Shown here: piece after piece, positions 37,190 through 51,300 of the stretch
How the letters are laid out: each line of letters opens with the position of its first letter
Numbering within the stretch: position 1 is the stretch's first letter
Assembly: GCA_010093815.1 (NCBI GenBank)
Contig: ML996572.1
Source: Pseudovirgaria hyperparasitica
Taxonomy: Eukaryota
Direction: 5' to 3' (one strand)
DNA: 64,000 nucleotides
Notes under the pieces: model-generated
Told to the model about the DNA's origin: nothing
What the model saw: the letters and a program-made list of their open reading frames with translations, nothing else
Database searches by the model: none
Translations under genes and position numbers: made by a program

Positions 37190-40100
37190 TGTAAAGAGTA
37201 AAGACGTAGGATAGTAGTCTAACAGTTCATAGAGAGACATAGGAATGTATTTATAGAGTAATCTCACTCTTATACGAGGTTAATTCCTAACGAGTAGGAA
37301 TTAGTTTATACGGTCCACTTATATAGTAACCTCGCTTAACTTAGCTAACTTAATCTAGCTCTGGCTACTACGTGGCTATATAGATTAGAATAGTCTATAT
37401 AGATCTATTATAGTTCCCGTCCTAATAATATTCTTCTTCTTTTTATGCTTCGCCCCGAAGCACTTAAGTATATATAATCCTAAGTCTCTATAATCTATCG
37501 TGTATCTATATATCCGTAACTAAGTTCCTATAACGTTATAACCATTCTTAATATAGGTAAACTCGAGATTCTAGTTCACTTTTATTAGTTTATGTACGCG
37601 CTTATCCCTTACTTCGTGGCTACTACCTAGGACACGTAATCGCTACTTTAGTTAAGCATATATTTAGCTTCGCTCGCCTTTAATTTTATTCTCTAGTATA
37701 TCTACTTCGCTCTTAAGGTAAGTCATTAATTCATATACTATCTTCCCTAGTTTAGGTTTAGAAGGGTCTATAGTGGTCTATTCTTATTAGAACCGGTCCT
37801 ATGTAACCTATTCGTATTATTACGGTCACTGATTTAGCTTCGTTAATCGCCGTTAAGGGTAGACGAATATTCCTTCCTTAGATCTCTAGCTAATATATAT
37901 ATATAGATATCTAATACTAGTTCTATCTCTAAGCCTACCTCCTCCTCTCGTAAGACTCGCTCTAAAGGTATCGCCTCCTCCCCGGCCACGCCAGCTAAGA
38001 AGTCTACCTATTACGGTAGTATAAAGGCGCGCTCTAAGTCGGAGAAGAGAGTAGCTAGGGCTACTACTACTACTGCCTCTACTACTAATATGGCTACTAG
38101 TTACTCTAATCTAGGTAATCCTAGTACTAAACTTATGGATAAAGTGGTTATAGGTTCCCCTCTCGCTCTAAAGCGCACGCTATCTACTCTACCTCCTCTA
38201 GAGAATAAAGAAGATCTCGTTATAGATAATAATCGCGAGCCCTCGCGCTTACCTACGCCGCCGTCTCGCCGCTCTTTCTTCCGGTCTAATATAGACCGAT
38301 TTAGTTGCTCTAGGTCCTTTTAGGACCTTAATATTTACTCTAAACCCTAGCCTACTAATAATAAGGCCTAGGTCGCTAAGGATACTAAATATAGTCGCGG
38401 TTTACGCTATAGGAAAACGGCGAACTATAGTTCGATATACTATAAGTATATTAAGAGCTATATAGCCGGCTCTAAATATCTCTTTCGCTCTAACTCTAGT
38501 ATTAGCTACTACTCTACTAACCGTAACGGGCCTATATACCCTATCTTTACTCTACCTACCCGCTACCGCCGCTATACCGTAACTAGTAAGACTTATCTAT
38601 AGATAAGTATAATAGACTATCTTAATCTAGTATAATCTAAAGTGGTCCGCGTTAATATATTCTTAGGTTCCTATGCGTATATAAGATATATATAACGACC
38701 TTCGCGTCCGCGAGACCCTTAGGGGTCCTTATAGCCGCCTACCTACTATATAGAGGGAGTTTAGGGAGCGCTATAAGCTCTTTCTAGAGGTTATTAAAGT
38801 ATAAGTTACGAGTACGTTAATTATTTTTAACATCTATTAATTTTTCTAGCCGCCGCGAGATCCCTAACGCCTAGGCTACCTATTCTAGAGAGTCTATTCT
38901 AGCTATAGAGGCCGTAGAGAGGATTCGCTCTATCCCCCCCTATCCGTCTCGCGTTACTAACGGATCTTATAAGAGGTCTACTATTTCTCCCTCTAAGTCG
39001 CCTCGTAAGAGGGTATATATTCCCTTCTAGATTATTCTAGATTATATTAGCTAACTTTAGACCTAGTCGCTACGCTCCGGCGCTTAAGGCTCTTCCCTCT
39101 AGGCTCTAATGGATCGGGTTATTACTCTAGAGGCTAAGGTTATCGTCCTCCGCCGCTATATCGTGTAGTTAGAGAGAACTATACTAGAGGTTAGGACGGA
39201 TAATAAGATAGAGGAGTAGCTCTATGGTTCTAGCTCTGTGTGTTAGCTCTATGCCTGGCTCTATATATTCTAGATCTGCTATAGGTGGTGCGCGCCGGCT
39301 CTGTTTACCTAGCTTTTATCCGTTTTAGTCCTTTTTGGACCGTTTAGATATCTATTAGCCAGTTTCTAGTAATTTAATTCTTAACTTAACGATATTATGT
39401 GTACGCTCGCTTAGCTTATGACTATCGGTTTCTATATTCTAATTTTCCTTGAGTTATCTAAGTGTGGGCACCGTATATAAATTAGTTTATCTCTATAAAT
39501 TCTATTAGAGTATCTAAACTAGTAGCCTAGTAGTTATCGGTTCGGGTACTCTAACCTTTTATATTTCGTATTAAGAGTTTAATTCTATGGTGGGGTACCT
39601 TTTTTTAGGTTCTTAGTCCTATGTTTTTCTCGTGTATAATGGTCCGTGTTAGTCCATTCTAGACTCTTCTATGTTATTCTATTATAGTATATCGCGTCGC
39701 GTTCCTAAAATAGTTGTTTACGCTTTCTTCGTGTCTAGTAACCGTATAATACTTAAATTATAGGGCTACTATATAGAGTTTTCCTAGTGCGCGTCTAGAT
39801 TTCCTAGTTTAGTACTTCGTTCTCTACGGTATCCTTCTTCTTTTTACGACGACCGCGACGTCGCTATACTTATATTAATAATACGCTATTCTATATCTTT
39901 TACTTATACGTAGCTATTATAGAACTTAAGATGTATACCACTGGTTCCTAGGTATTCTTATTCTTAGTGTAGTCCTTCTAACGGATTCTATATTTCTAAA
40001 TACCGTCTTTATTAATTCTATGTTTAATAATATGGTCTACTTCGAACACGTCTAGTCTATCTTAGGGTATAATAGAGTGTAACTATACGTTCGTGCGGCC

Positions 40101-43100
40101 ATACACGTTAGGTCGAAATCTTTTAAGTAGTAAGACGTGGAATACCTTATGGATTCTTATATTACTTTCTAAGTCGAGCTCATAGGCTCTTATACTAATG
40201 CGACGTTTGATTCGGAAGGGACTAGCCATTTTATAATCGAGCTTCTTGTTTACTCGTGATGTTCGTATATTGTGGACATTAAGAAGGACCTTATCGCCCT
40301 CCTCATACGTCTAATCCTTAGTTAACCTATTATAGTACTTTATATATAAGTCGTTTACTTATTAGATTATAGCGCGATAGTTACGTGCGGTTTTAAAGAT
40401 TTTAATCGCTAATTCCTAAGCGTGGACGTTCACGTCTATTATTTAATTAAATTAGACCGTCTAAGGCTTAAAACCTATCCTTAGACTACGTCCAAGGTTC
40501 ACCTAGAAAGGTATAATACCTATCATACTATAACGACTATTATTATATATGAACTCTACTATACTTAGTAGGGAGGCCTAGTCGTCCTACTCGAAATTAT
40601 AGAATACGCGTAGGTAGGCCTCGAGCGTCTAGTTCTATCGCTCTATCTAGCTATCCGTCTAAGGATGAAATACTATAGATATATTCCTATTTATACTTAC
40701 TATTTCGTAGAATAACGTCTAGAATTTAGACGTGAAGGTACTTCCTCGGTCTATAACGATCCTTTTTAGTATACTATGGACCTTAATAATCTTATTCTAG
40801 AATACCTATGCTAGTTCTTTGGATGTAATCGTCTTCTATACCGGGATATACCTAGATATCTTTATAAGTCTATCCACGATAATAAGAATAGAATTATAAC
40901 TTATCCTAAGTATCTTACTTAGAGGTAAGTTAACTATAAAGTCTATAGTAACGTCTTCCTATATAAAGAGGGGGGCTGAAAGAGGCTGTAAATTCCTATA
41001 TGGCTTGTGCCTAGGGGCCTTCGTTCTTTGATAAATCGGATAAGTAGCTATCTATTCTTCGATATACTTAGGTATATCTTCCTAAAAATAGTACTAATAA
41101 ATTAAGCTTAGGGTACGTATATATCTAAAGTGTCCTACTAGGTTAGCGTTATAGTATCGGCTAACTATATTAAATCGCGCGTTATCTATCGGTATATAGT
41201 ACTTTCTATTATAGTAAAGTAAGCCGTCTACGAAGGTCTACTTATAGTCTACTTTAGTCTATAATAATCTATCTTACTATATTTTACGTAACTTTAAAAC
41301 TATCGGGTCTATCTTCTATAGATCCACGATTAACTAGGTGAGGTTAATTAGATATTCACGCCGGGTATTATCGCCCTTCCCGATAGCGCTAATAAACGGC
41401 CTACTAGGGACTTCGGTACCGCGTCTTTAGTTACCGGCTTCGGTCTTAGAGATTCGATTACTGGTATCGACGTTAGTATCTCGCTAATCGCCTAATAACT
41501 TAAAATCTAACCTCGTCCTTAAGAGTTGGGCCTATAGCTACTCTAGGACCCTATAGCTACTATAATCCTAGGCGCTTTCTTTATAGTTAGGTCTTCTTAA
41601 TATTCTATTAGCTAGGTTTATACTTCTAGGTTAATAGTAGATTATAAAGTAAAAGTTTATAAGCTACTTAGCCTATCGGACCTATTAATAGTTTAAAACT
41701 ATTATACTTATAAACCCCTTTAAGTTATAGTAATTAGTTAGTAACTCGACGTTATATATGGTACCTTTAAGATAATATCACCACTATTTAAACGACTCTA
41801 CTATTACTAGTAGCTCTTGGTTATAGATAGTATATCTAGTCTTAACATCAACTATTTTGCGTGAGAAGAACGTAACTAGATACTATTAGACCTTTTTAGA
41901 CTTAGTTAGTCTAGGCTAGGAGAGAATGCCTAAGATTATAAATCCTAACGCGTCGGTTTCGACGTGGATAGGTTTAGTCGGGTTAAAGTACACTAGTAAT
42001 AGGGTAGTTATAAATGCCTCTTTGATTTTCTCGAAGGAGGCCCTTTCGCCTTCTAATAATTCTATAGACTATAATTTAATATTATACTGTTTCTATCTAC
42101 CACGGACCGTAATAGATGAATCTATAGTAGTAGTACGCGCGTTAAGCGGTGCTACTAGCCGGGAGAAATACTTAATAAATTTTTAGTAGTAATTAGTGAA
42201 TCCGATAAAGACACGTATATCTCGAACTAATTTTAGTTTAGACTAGTCTACGATAGTAGCGACTCTATCCCTTTCTATAGTTATATCTTAATTAGTAATA
42301 ATAAAGCTAAGGAAGTTAATATGGTCCTAGTGGAACTCGCATTTAGATAGCTTAATATATAGCTTATATTTTTCTAGCCTATCTAGGACTACGCGTACGT
42401 GCTAGATGTATTCTTCTTTATTATTAGAGAAGATAAGAATGTTATTAAGGTATATAATGCACGTCGTGTCGAGTAGGCCTACTAGCGTGTTATTAATATA
42501 CGCTTAGAAGGTTCCTAGCGCGTTAGTTAGTCTAAAAGGGACCACTATATACTCGAAGTGTCTATAACGGGTTCTAAACGCCGTTTTCTACTTATCGCCC
42601 TTCTTAATACGTAGGCGGTAGTAGACGTCGCGTAGATCGAGCTTAGTAAAGATCTTCGCGCGCCCTAGTCTATTAATAGACTTAGAGATAAGAGGTAGTA
42701 GGTAATAATTCTTTTATATAATATTATTTAGGCTACGGTAGTCGATATATAGACGGAGACTCCTATTCTTCTTCTTTATAAAGAGGATTAGAGCTCCGGC
42801 TAGGGATATACTAGGCCTAATCTATCCTCGCGTAAGGTTCTTTTCGATATATTCTCGGAGGACCTATAGCTCGGGTTCTAATAGAGGGTAGATAGGTCCG
42901 TGTAGGGGTTATTAACCGTCTTTAAGGTTAATAGTAAGGTCGGTAGGTTAGTATTAAGGTAATTTAGACGAGTCGATTACTAACGCGATATATTAGTATA
43001 TTTTATACTAATATAGTAGGTTTTCGTCTACTTTAATACTAAGCTCTCTATTTTAAGTAAGTAAGAGGACGTAGATAGCGGAGATTACCTTTTCGTAGTC

Positions 43101-45232
43101 CTTCTAGAATTATTCATTATCGACTAGCTATACTAGGTTCTATTATAGTGGGTACATGCGCTAGCTAGCTGTTTTCTAGATAAAGTCTAGTTTCGGGTTA
43201 TATTTTTCGAGCTATAGTATACCGAGGATTATATTAAAGGGACTGTCTACTACGATGAAGGTTAAGTAGTAGGGTTTCTACTTCCCCCCGCTATCCTAGA
43301 TGCCGTATTTAATAGTATAGATACCCTACGATTTAATAGGACTATTAATACTATAGAAGGTAGCACCTATTAGTACTTAAATATCGACGTTAAGTTCTCG
43401 TGCTCGTTAAGTCGATATAACGTTAGTAGCTAAACCGCTATTAAGTATTACGGTCTAATATTATCCACGAGAGACCTCGATAGGCCTAGCCTATAGTTTA
43501 ATATACTAGTTAGCTAGTTATCCCTCTATTTTAGTTGCGTCTATAAGTCGCGAGGGTTCCTTATAGGTAGTTAGTTTTTTATATTATATACCGGGTAGTT
43601 AGGCGCGATGTATCCTAGCTACTAGCACTTATAGCATGTAACTAACTTAGTATCTATATTAGTATTTAGTGGTTTCCCTAAGCGGTACTCGGGTACTATA
43701 TAGCCTATCCTACTATAGGTGTAGTAGGTGACTTTAGATCGTTTATATAAGTCGTTTCTCGTGTCTTAATATATTAACTAGTGGAAAGATCCGCGGTACG
43801 GGCCTCGTCTTCTCGAGTTCATGGAGTAGTAGCGCCCACGAGATGTTCCGCGCGATCTATTACTAAACTAGTCCTCTTTAGACGATTTTATATTAGATTA
43901 GATTAATGGGGATAGTCGTGCGCCTATATAACGTTGGTTATTTATTATATGCTAATGTCGTTCTACGAGATTCGCGAGTGCCTAAAGGTTAATAGAGATA
44001 GATATTATAAGGTCGATGCGTTTCTTTACGCTCGGGTTAAGAGACCTTTTAAAGTCGTCGTATTATTAAACCATGCGATCTTCCTTAGCTTCTCTCTAAA
44101 GAGGTCGGAGGTATTTAAGGAGTTATAATAGGGATTATCTCTCTCGCTATTAAGTCTTAAAGATATAGCTCTAAGCCTATTCGCGTCGCTCGGCTCTATC
44201 GCCGAAGTATTAAAGAAGGAATTCGGTAAACATGTCCTAGTTATACGCATCCTTAGGGTGTTTAATTTAATATGCTATCTAACGTTTAGATGGTATTAGG
44301 TCTAGGTAGTTCTATACGAACCTAATCTTATTACTATCATTCGTGAATAGGTAGAAGAATCGGCTATACTAGTAAGCCTATTCATGAAAGCTTCTCCTGG
44401 TTTTACCGTTAAAGTAAGGTAGTTTCTTAGGCTAAGGTAACTAGGATAGTAATAGACTTAGTTAGACTATTTCGGCTTAAGTTAATCTATATTAGTATAG
44501 ATTAGTTATTACTAGTACTAAAGCGCGTAGTGCGGCTTCGAGTCTAGCGGTTCGTCCTCGCGCTTTATTAAGTTTATAAAGTTACTACTTAAGCTAAGCC
44601 TAACGCTACCTCTCCGCGTATAGCTTAGTATATATATTATTATAAGGCGTGGTTAACGTTAGTTAGTTCTAACGAATTAATTTATTAACGTTAATAGGGT
44701 GTGGTCTTATAGTAAGAATGGGTCTAGTATGGTATGAACTAGACCGCGATAGAGTATGATAGACTCCTTCCTTATTATCTAGGTAATCTTCCACGGTTAT
44801 ACGGAATACCGTACTAGTTATTAGTGCGATAGTCTATAGGGTGTACTTATCGGTGGAGGTGGTCGTAGAGAGACTATTCTCTTCGTTTAGATTTAGAGAG
44901 AGTCTCTTATATAAGGTAGTGCTACGGGTATTATAGCGCGTAGTAGGAGCTATCTCTATAAGCTACCGTCGTGCTATATAGAGAGGAATTAAAATATAAA
45001 GAGTAAAGACGTAGGATAGTAGTCTAATAGTTTATAGAGAGATATAGGAATGTATTTATAGAGTAATCTTACTCTTATACGAGGTTAATTCCTAACGAGT
45101 AGGAATCGGTTTGTACGGTCTACTTATATAGTGACCTCGCTTAACTTAGCTAACTCAACCTAGCTCTGGCTACTACGTGGCTGCATGGATTAGAATGGTC
45201 TATATAGGTCCGTTATGGTTCCTGTCCTAACA
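37190..45232 (-). mobile_element. Gypsy chromovirus copy B2, full length, inserted inside the L3 3' palindrome
   Basis: LTRs at 37190-37427 and 44995-45232; TSD CCTTA at 37185-37189 and 45233-45237; reverse complement of B1. Confidence 0.97.
37907..39219 (+). pseudogene. Antisense accessory gene of family B in B2 (exons 37907-38602, 38667-38800, 38850-39012, 39067-39219; ~380 aa)
   Basis: Long frame including ORF 38090-38323; six-Tyr(Cys) cluster; introns of 64, 49 and 54 nt give in-frame joins. Start ATG and two donors are RIP-altered in this copy. Confidence 0.75.
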
Positions 45233-48200
45233 CCTTAACTAATAACCTCCGCATCTATACGTACTATCTAAGGGTAAAATAATAGTAATATAGGCTATAG
45301 GCTAATAGGCGTACCCTATAGCTATATACTTAAGACGAAATAGAGGTTTAACGAGATATAGTTATAGATATAAGGAAGTTTTTCCCTATGGGGTTTCTTC
45401 TTATATAGTAGCTTAGACTAGAGGAGGCATAGGCCTATAGAGTACTACTCTACCTAGTTATATAATATTATTATTATTATTATTATACTAATAGACTAAC
45501 TAATATTTTTATAATACCTACTAAAGTAGTAGACATAATAAATCATATCGTATAACTAGTATATATATCTTAGTATAGTATAAGCTAGGTTTCTATAAGA
45601 AGCCTTATATAACTAGATAGGCTTTATCAATTAGCTCCCCCTAGGCGTTTATCTTAATATTAAATATCTAGCGGTAGCCGACTAGCTTAGTAGGCTATAT
45701 ATTAGAGAGATTAACTTCGGTCTATAAGCTATTATTATAATATATCTAAAGCTCTTTCTTAATAGTAAGTAACTAAAATAGCTACTCGATATAAGCTTAG
45801 ATCTATTTTAAGTTCTAAGGAATAAATCGCTTAATAAAGGCGTATATAGACTTAGGAATATTAATAGCCGAGAGTCTAGTAGATTTAATAAGGCGTTAGG
45901 TAGGCTTATAGAGACGGCCTAATCGGGTTATACTCTAAGAACCTAATATATTAGAGAAATATAGGTTAGTTTAAGACGTATTAGGATTAGACTTTAGAGC
46001 CTAATAAATAGATATTAAATATAGCTATATTTTCTAAAAACGTATAGCTAGTCTTAGGGTAGAAGGAATTATATTATCTTAGGAAGGCTCCGTATCTTAA
46101 GATTCTTAGGGAAGAGTAGTAGTTTCTATAATAACTAAAGTAGAAGAGGAATCTTTTAAAGCCTCTAGAAGGGTACTAAATTTAATATTCTAAGTCTTAA
46201 TAATACGTAATTAGTTAGAAATATAGTATCTAAAGATCTTAGAGGATTTCGTATACCTAATAAAAATACCTTTCTTAGCTTAATATAGAAGTTTTATACT
46301 AGCCTTACGTGCTTCTATAGGGATATAAATAAAATATTTAATTCTAAAGGGCTAAAGGTACTTAATTAAGGGCTTTATACCGAAGAGTATATAAAAGGGT
46401 ATATCTTTATATAGGGTAGAATATAGCGCAATATTCTTAAGGAAAGTCGAAGTATAGACTAACTCTAGCTAAAGCTTTAATATTAAGTTATCTATAATTT
46501 AGACGTAAGTAGACTTAATAATAGTTCGATTAAACCGCTTAGTAAGTCTATTTAACTTATAACTATATAGAGGGGAGACTTAGTACGTAATGCCCTCGGA
46601 ATAGAAAAAGACTTAAAGCTTTTTAGCTTTATACTTACTACTACTATTAGAGATAAAGATAGTGGCTTCTATATAATATTAACGCTTAATATACGTAATA
46701 TATTTAATAATTACTAAGGTAGTCTCCGATTTATACTTTAGAAAGCGGATCTAAGTAAATTATATAAATTCGTTAATAAAGGTAATAAAATACTAGAACC
46801 CTTAAAGCGACGTATATAAAAACTTTTCTAATAAGTTAGAATAAATTCGTTTAAAAGAATAAGCGGCTTTAGAAAGAAGGCGAGTAGGTTTCTAATACGT
46901 GGACTTCGAAAGTAAGTAGATAGTATATATAAAGTCTACTAGCTTTAGAGGAATATTATAAGCGTCTTTATATATTTATTATAGGTAAGAAATCGAATAA
47001 TAACTAATAGCTTTATAGAATATTCTATAGGACGCGAAATATATAAACTTCTAATAGTATATAGCACCTCGAGTCTAAATCCGTAATAGGCCCTTTTTAA
47101 AGCGCATCTAGAGCGCCTTATTACCGTTAGAGAGGATAATAAAAAGATTATTACCCTTTATATAGAGCTTATTTCCTTGCTTTCTAATATATAGCTAACT
47201 AAATAGGCGAGTATTATAGAGGCGATTACTATAAAGAACGTTAGTAAGTTATATCGCGTATAAGGAGCTATTAGATAGAGTACTATTAAGTAAGATAGTT
47301 CTAATAGTATAAATTAGTATCTAGAAGTTCCCTATAATAGTAATTAAACTACTAGAGCGAGAATAATCTAAAGTTTCGAAGTTATCTAGAATACTATATA
47401 TATACTTACTAGTACTAGTATTAAAAACCTAGTTATTATTATTTAAGAAGGTATTAATACTAGCTAGAGAGTATATCTTATTAATTACAATATATAGGGG
47501 AGTTAATATACTTATATTTCGAGACCTTTTACCGTTTATATTTATTATAGTAATAAATATATAGACTATATTATTAGACTTAGAATCTAAGCTAATATAG
47601 TAAGCCTTATATACCTTCTATTCTAATGCCTTTATACGTTTAGAAGACGAGACATTCTAGTCCTTCTCTTTTAATACCTTTAGCTTCCGATAATTCTAAT
47701 AATTATAGCCTTTTAAGTTAAAACCACGCTTCTTATACTAGCTATACTTAAGGACTTTATCGGAGGAGTCTTAGGTAGTAGTTAATGGCTTCTTTTTATG
47801 CCCCTGGTTATTAGCTTAGAACCTATAAGAGGCGGGATGAAGGTTAATACTATATTTCTCGCCTAAGTCTATTATCTTAGACTCGAGATTGACGAAACGG
47901 GTAAGATTACGTATACTAAGGTTATTAATAATATAATCTATTATATTAGGAAGGAAGGTAAGGAGGAAAGAGCCTTTAACTTCTTCTAATTTAAAAATTA
48001 GAGCTATAGACTTAGCTATAGTATAAGAAGAATTTTTATACTATTTAGCTATACGGACCTAAAGCTAGTAAAACTTATTAAGATATTCGTGAATATCCTT
48101 ACTATTCTAATAGTAGAGAGAAGTAATTATATAGAATAAGTATATAGAGGTATTACCCGTATTATAATTAAAGCGATCGGATAGGTAACGCTATACCTCT

Positions 48201-48373
48201 ACTAAAGTATTATATATTATAACTTCTATAATAAGATTAGGGTATACTATAGAGAGAAGTATAATTATAGTCTTATTATCCTTATTATCCTATACGTTCT
48301 TATATTAATCTATTCCTAGTCGTGGCTCTTTACTAAGGACTATCTAGTATAATTCTATATATTATAATATAAT

Positions 48374-51300
48374 TATAAGAATAGGGTTATTGGATAGTAG
48401 TGTAGTTAGATAGAACAATAGGGTGTATTCTATTATAGAACGAATTACTACCGAACCCTTTCGGTAGGAATCCGAGAGTATATATATAAAGGGACGCCGA
48501 TCTATCTAGCACGTAACTATTTACCGCCCTTTACGTTACCTCCTAACTCTATTAGCTAAGGTACGTGTAGGTCGGGTTCTATCTAAGGCTAAGTCCTAAT
48601 AATTATCCCTTCCCTCTAGGAAGCTGCCCTTAGCGACCTAGATTATTATCTATCCCTATATCCCTATCCTAAGTCTTATAAGACCTTAGTCGTTCTCTAC
48701 GCTTCATCTTAGATATTTACCGATATTCGCCGATCTAAGATTTATATAAGCGTTTTCCTAATAAACTAAATTTTATCTATCTTAACTTCTTATATAGGTA
48801 AGATTACCTAATTAGGCCTAGCGTATCACGTGATATAATTAGGTAAGCCCGGGTGCTACCTATATTAAAATCTTTTCTTAGAAATATTCCTTTCTTTAAA
48901 AAACTTCTTAACTCTTTATAGAGTTTTTTAGATTATTAGATATATTACCCAATCCTTATAGACATAGATTTATATAGATTTATTATAATTTAGTATGATT
49001 TACGTATTTTACTAATTTTCGTGCCGTCCTTAGCTAGTAATAATATAATTTATAATAATCCGTATAAATTAATAATAATCTTAATATAGTTTCCCGAAAT
49101 CTTAATACTCTAAAGTAATTAGCGCGGAAATAGGCGTCTTCGAATAATCCCTATCTCGTATATATTACCGATATGTCGAAAGCTATTAATCTACCCTAAC
49201 CTAGGCCGGGCTCTAATAATCTAGCTATATATTATTATAGTTATCGCTTTCCGTCGTATATTACTTACGGTAGTACTAAATCTATAATATATAGTACTTA
49301 TATAACTAAGAAGCGTTATTACTTATAGGTATTTAAGTAAGTTCGAAGAACTTTACGTAGATTTACTTATATCGGTATAGATTACTACTAGGCCTCTAGT
49401 AACCCCTACTAATAAGGAGCGTAGTACTACTAATCGTAACGCCTTAGAGAAGGCTTTCTACGAGCTATATATCTAAGGTAAGGGTTACGCCTAGGAGTAC
49501 GATTCTAATAAGATCCATAAGGATTTATCAGAATCTACTATAGCTATTATTACCACAATTACTAGGTAATATCGTTTTTCTTAAATTATTATAGATTCTT
49601 ACTAATATATATTAATCTCTATAATAGTGCTAAAATCTCTACTACTTCGGACTTCTTTCTATATACTAGTAATATTAGAATTCCTAGAAAAGGTTCTAGT
49701 AAAAAGGCTAAGGTTCCTTCCTCGCGCGTGCTAAAGAGCCATAAATTTAGGGAAGATAGCTCTAATCTAGAAGTTTCTATACTAAAGGTATATGGTTCTA
49801 TACCAATCGTTGAATCTTTTCGCTGATTTATATAATTCTTAGCGTGCCCGCGCCGGTCCGTCCCTCTCTATTCCGGGTCCCGCCGCTCTATAGGTTTCTA
49901 TAGAGGAGTTTATAGCTATAAGGCGCGCTATATAGAATTTATAGCGTCAGAACGAAAGGCTAGAGACTTATATTATAAAGCTCTATACTATACTAAATAA
50001 GAACTAGCGGAAGGAATTAGATATAACCATCGCGGTAATTAGTACTTCTACTCCTACTCCGACTTAATTAGTTTAGATCTATACTAATTAGTACTAATAT
50101 ATCTCTTTTATCTAGCGTTTTTAGTTTTTCGGTTTTAATTTTAAAGCGATCTTACTTCTTCTAGATAGATTAGTGCGAGTTTATATAGATCTATATAGAT
50201 CTTTATATTTTCTTTTAGCTTTCTTAATTTCATCTTTCTTTAATAATAACTTCTTTAATCTCTTTAGTAATCTATACTAATCTATACTAATCGGCACCGA
50301 TTTTCGATGTCCATTTCTCTTAGTAAATTATTTTTCTAAGTCTCTTTTTTAGTTAAATTTTTAAAGTTCTAAGTTCGAACTTTCTAAGGAAGTTCCTTAA
50401 TTCCTTAGAATGTTTTAAAGATCTATGTCTCTTTTACCTTCTTCCTTTTAGGCGGCCGTTCTCGGCGCTAAACTATACTAAAAAATATTAAATCGCCGTA
50501 CTTTAGTATAATTCTCTACGATTCCGCGGCTTCCTTTGCTAATTACTACTTATATACTAATATCGCTACTTTACTAATATTTATTATAGGTTCCTAAGTA
50601 TCTTTATTAGGATTATATCCTTTCTAACGAATTTTATATAGCTACATGCTATCTTCGGCGCGTTACTAGCTAAGTATCTACTTAACTTCGTAGATATCTA
50701 TACCTTCTTACGTAACTACTTTATATAGTATCTATTCGGAACGATCCGGTAATAATAAGGCATGAAATAGCTCGAGAAGCGTAATATAGAATATATTATA
50801 TATCTTTAACGTAGGAGGGAGTTATAACTCGTACGCCTAGTTATTAATTATATAAGTAATCTTATATAGACCTATTATTATATAGTTAAGCTTCTTCTTT
50901 AGTCTGATACTATAAATATTCTTACTATTTAGTAAAACTTTATCTCTAACATTAAAGATTATAGGTTTTCTACCCTTATTATAGTGCGATTTACTATAAT
51001 TTATAGTATCTTATAGTAACTTTATAACGCTTCTTTACGTTTAGAATAGTTCTATAGTAATTTCTATTACTTTAACGTTAGGTTATTCTACTTTAAACTA
51101 AGTCCCTAAGAACTATATATTATGGTTCTAACCGAAGTTTACTTCGAACGGACTTACGTAGGTTAACGCATGTCGGCTATTATTATACGCGAATTCCGCG
51201 ATATAGACTAACCTTACCTAGTTATTCTACTTATAGTTATAATATACGCGTAAATACGCCTCGACTATCTAATTCTACCGCTCTATCTATCTATCTATTT

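Larger units (their letters stand above)
24011..45485 (+). mobile_element. LINE L3 (Tad1-like, diverged from L1/L2), full length, interrupted by B1 and B2
   Basis: TSD (ta)ctaatagactaa at 23997-24010 and 45486-45499; ORF1 ATG at 24335; ORF2 with APE, RT GI(P)(Q)GS.IS.ILF at ~35758 and GYAD(D) at ~35848; (TAT)n tail at ~45466-45485. Confidence 0.92.

Noticed and set aside
12047..44128. Short ORF-track entries antisense to pol or LINE ORFs (12047, 20976, 21786, 22129, 32944, 41926, 43934)
   Set aside because: Shadow frames of RIPed retroelement genes, with no independent gene structure.
45500..48373. Initially considered a DNA transposon, Starship captain (DUF3435) or telomere-linked helicase remnant
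   Set aside because: De-RIPed translation gives Copia protease, integrase and RT motifs in Copia order.
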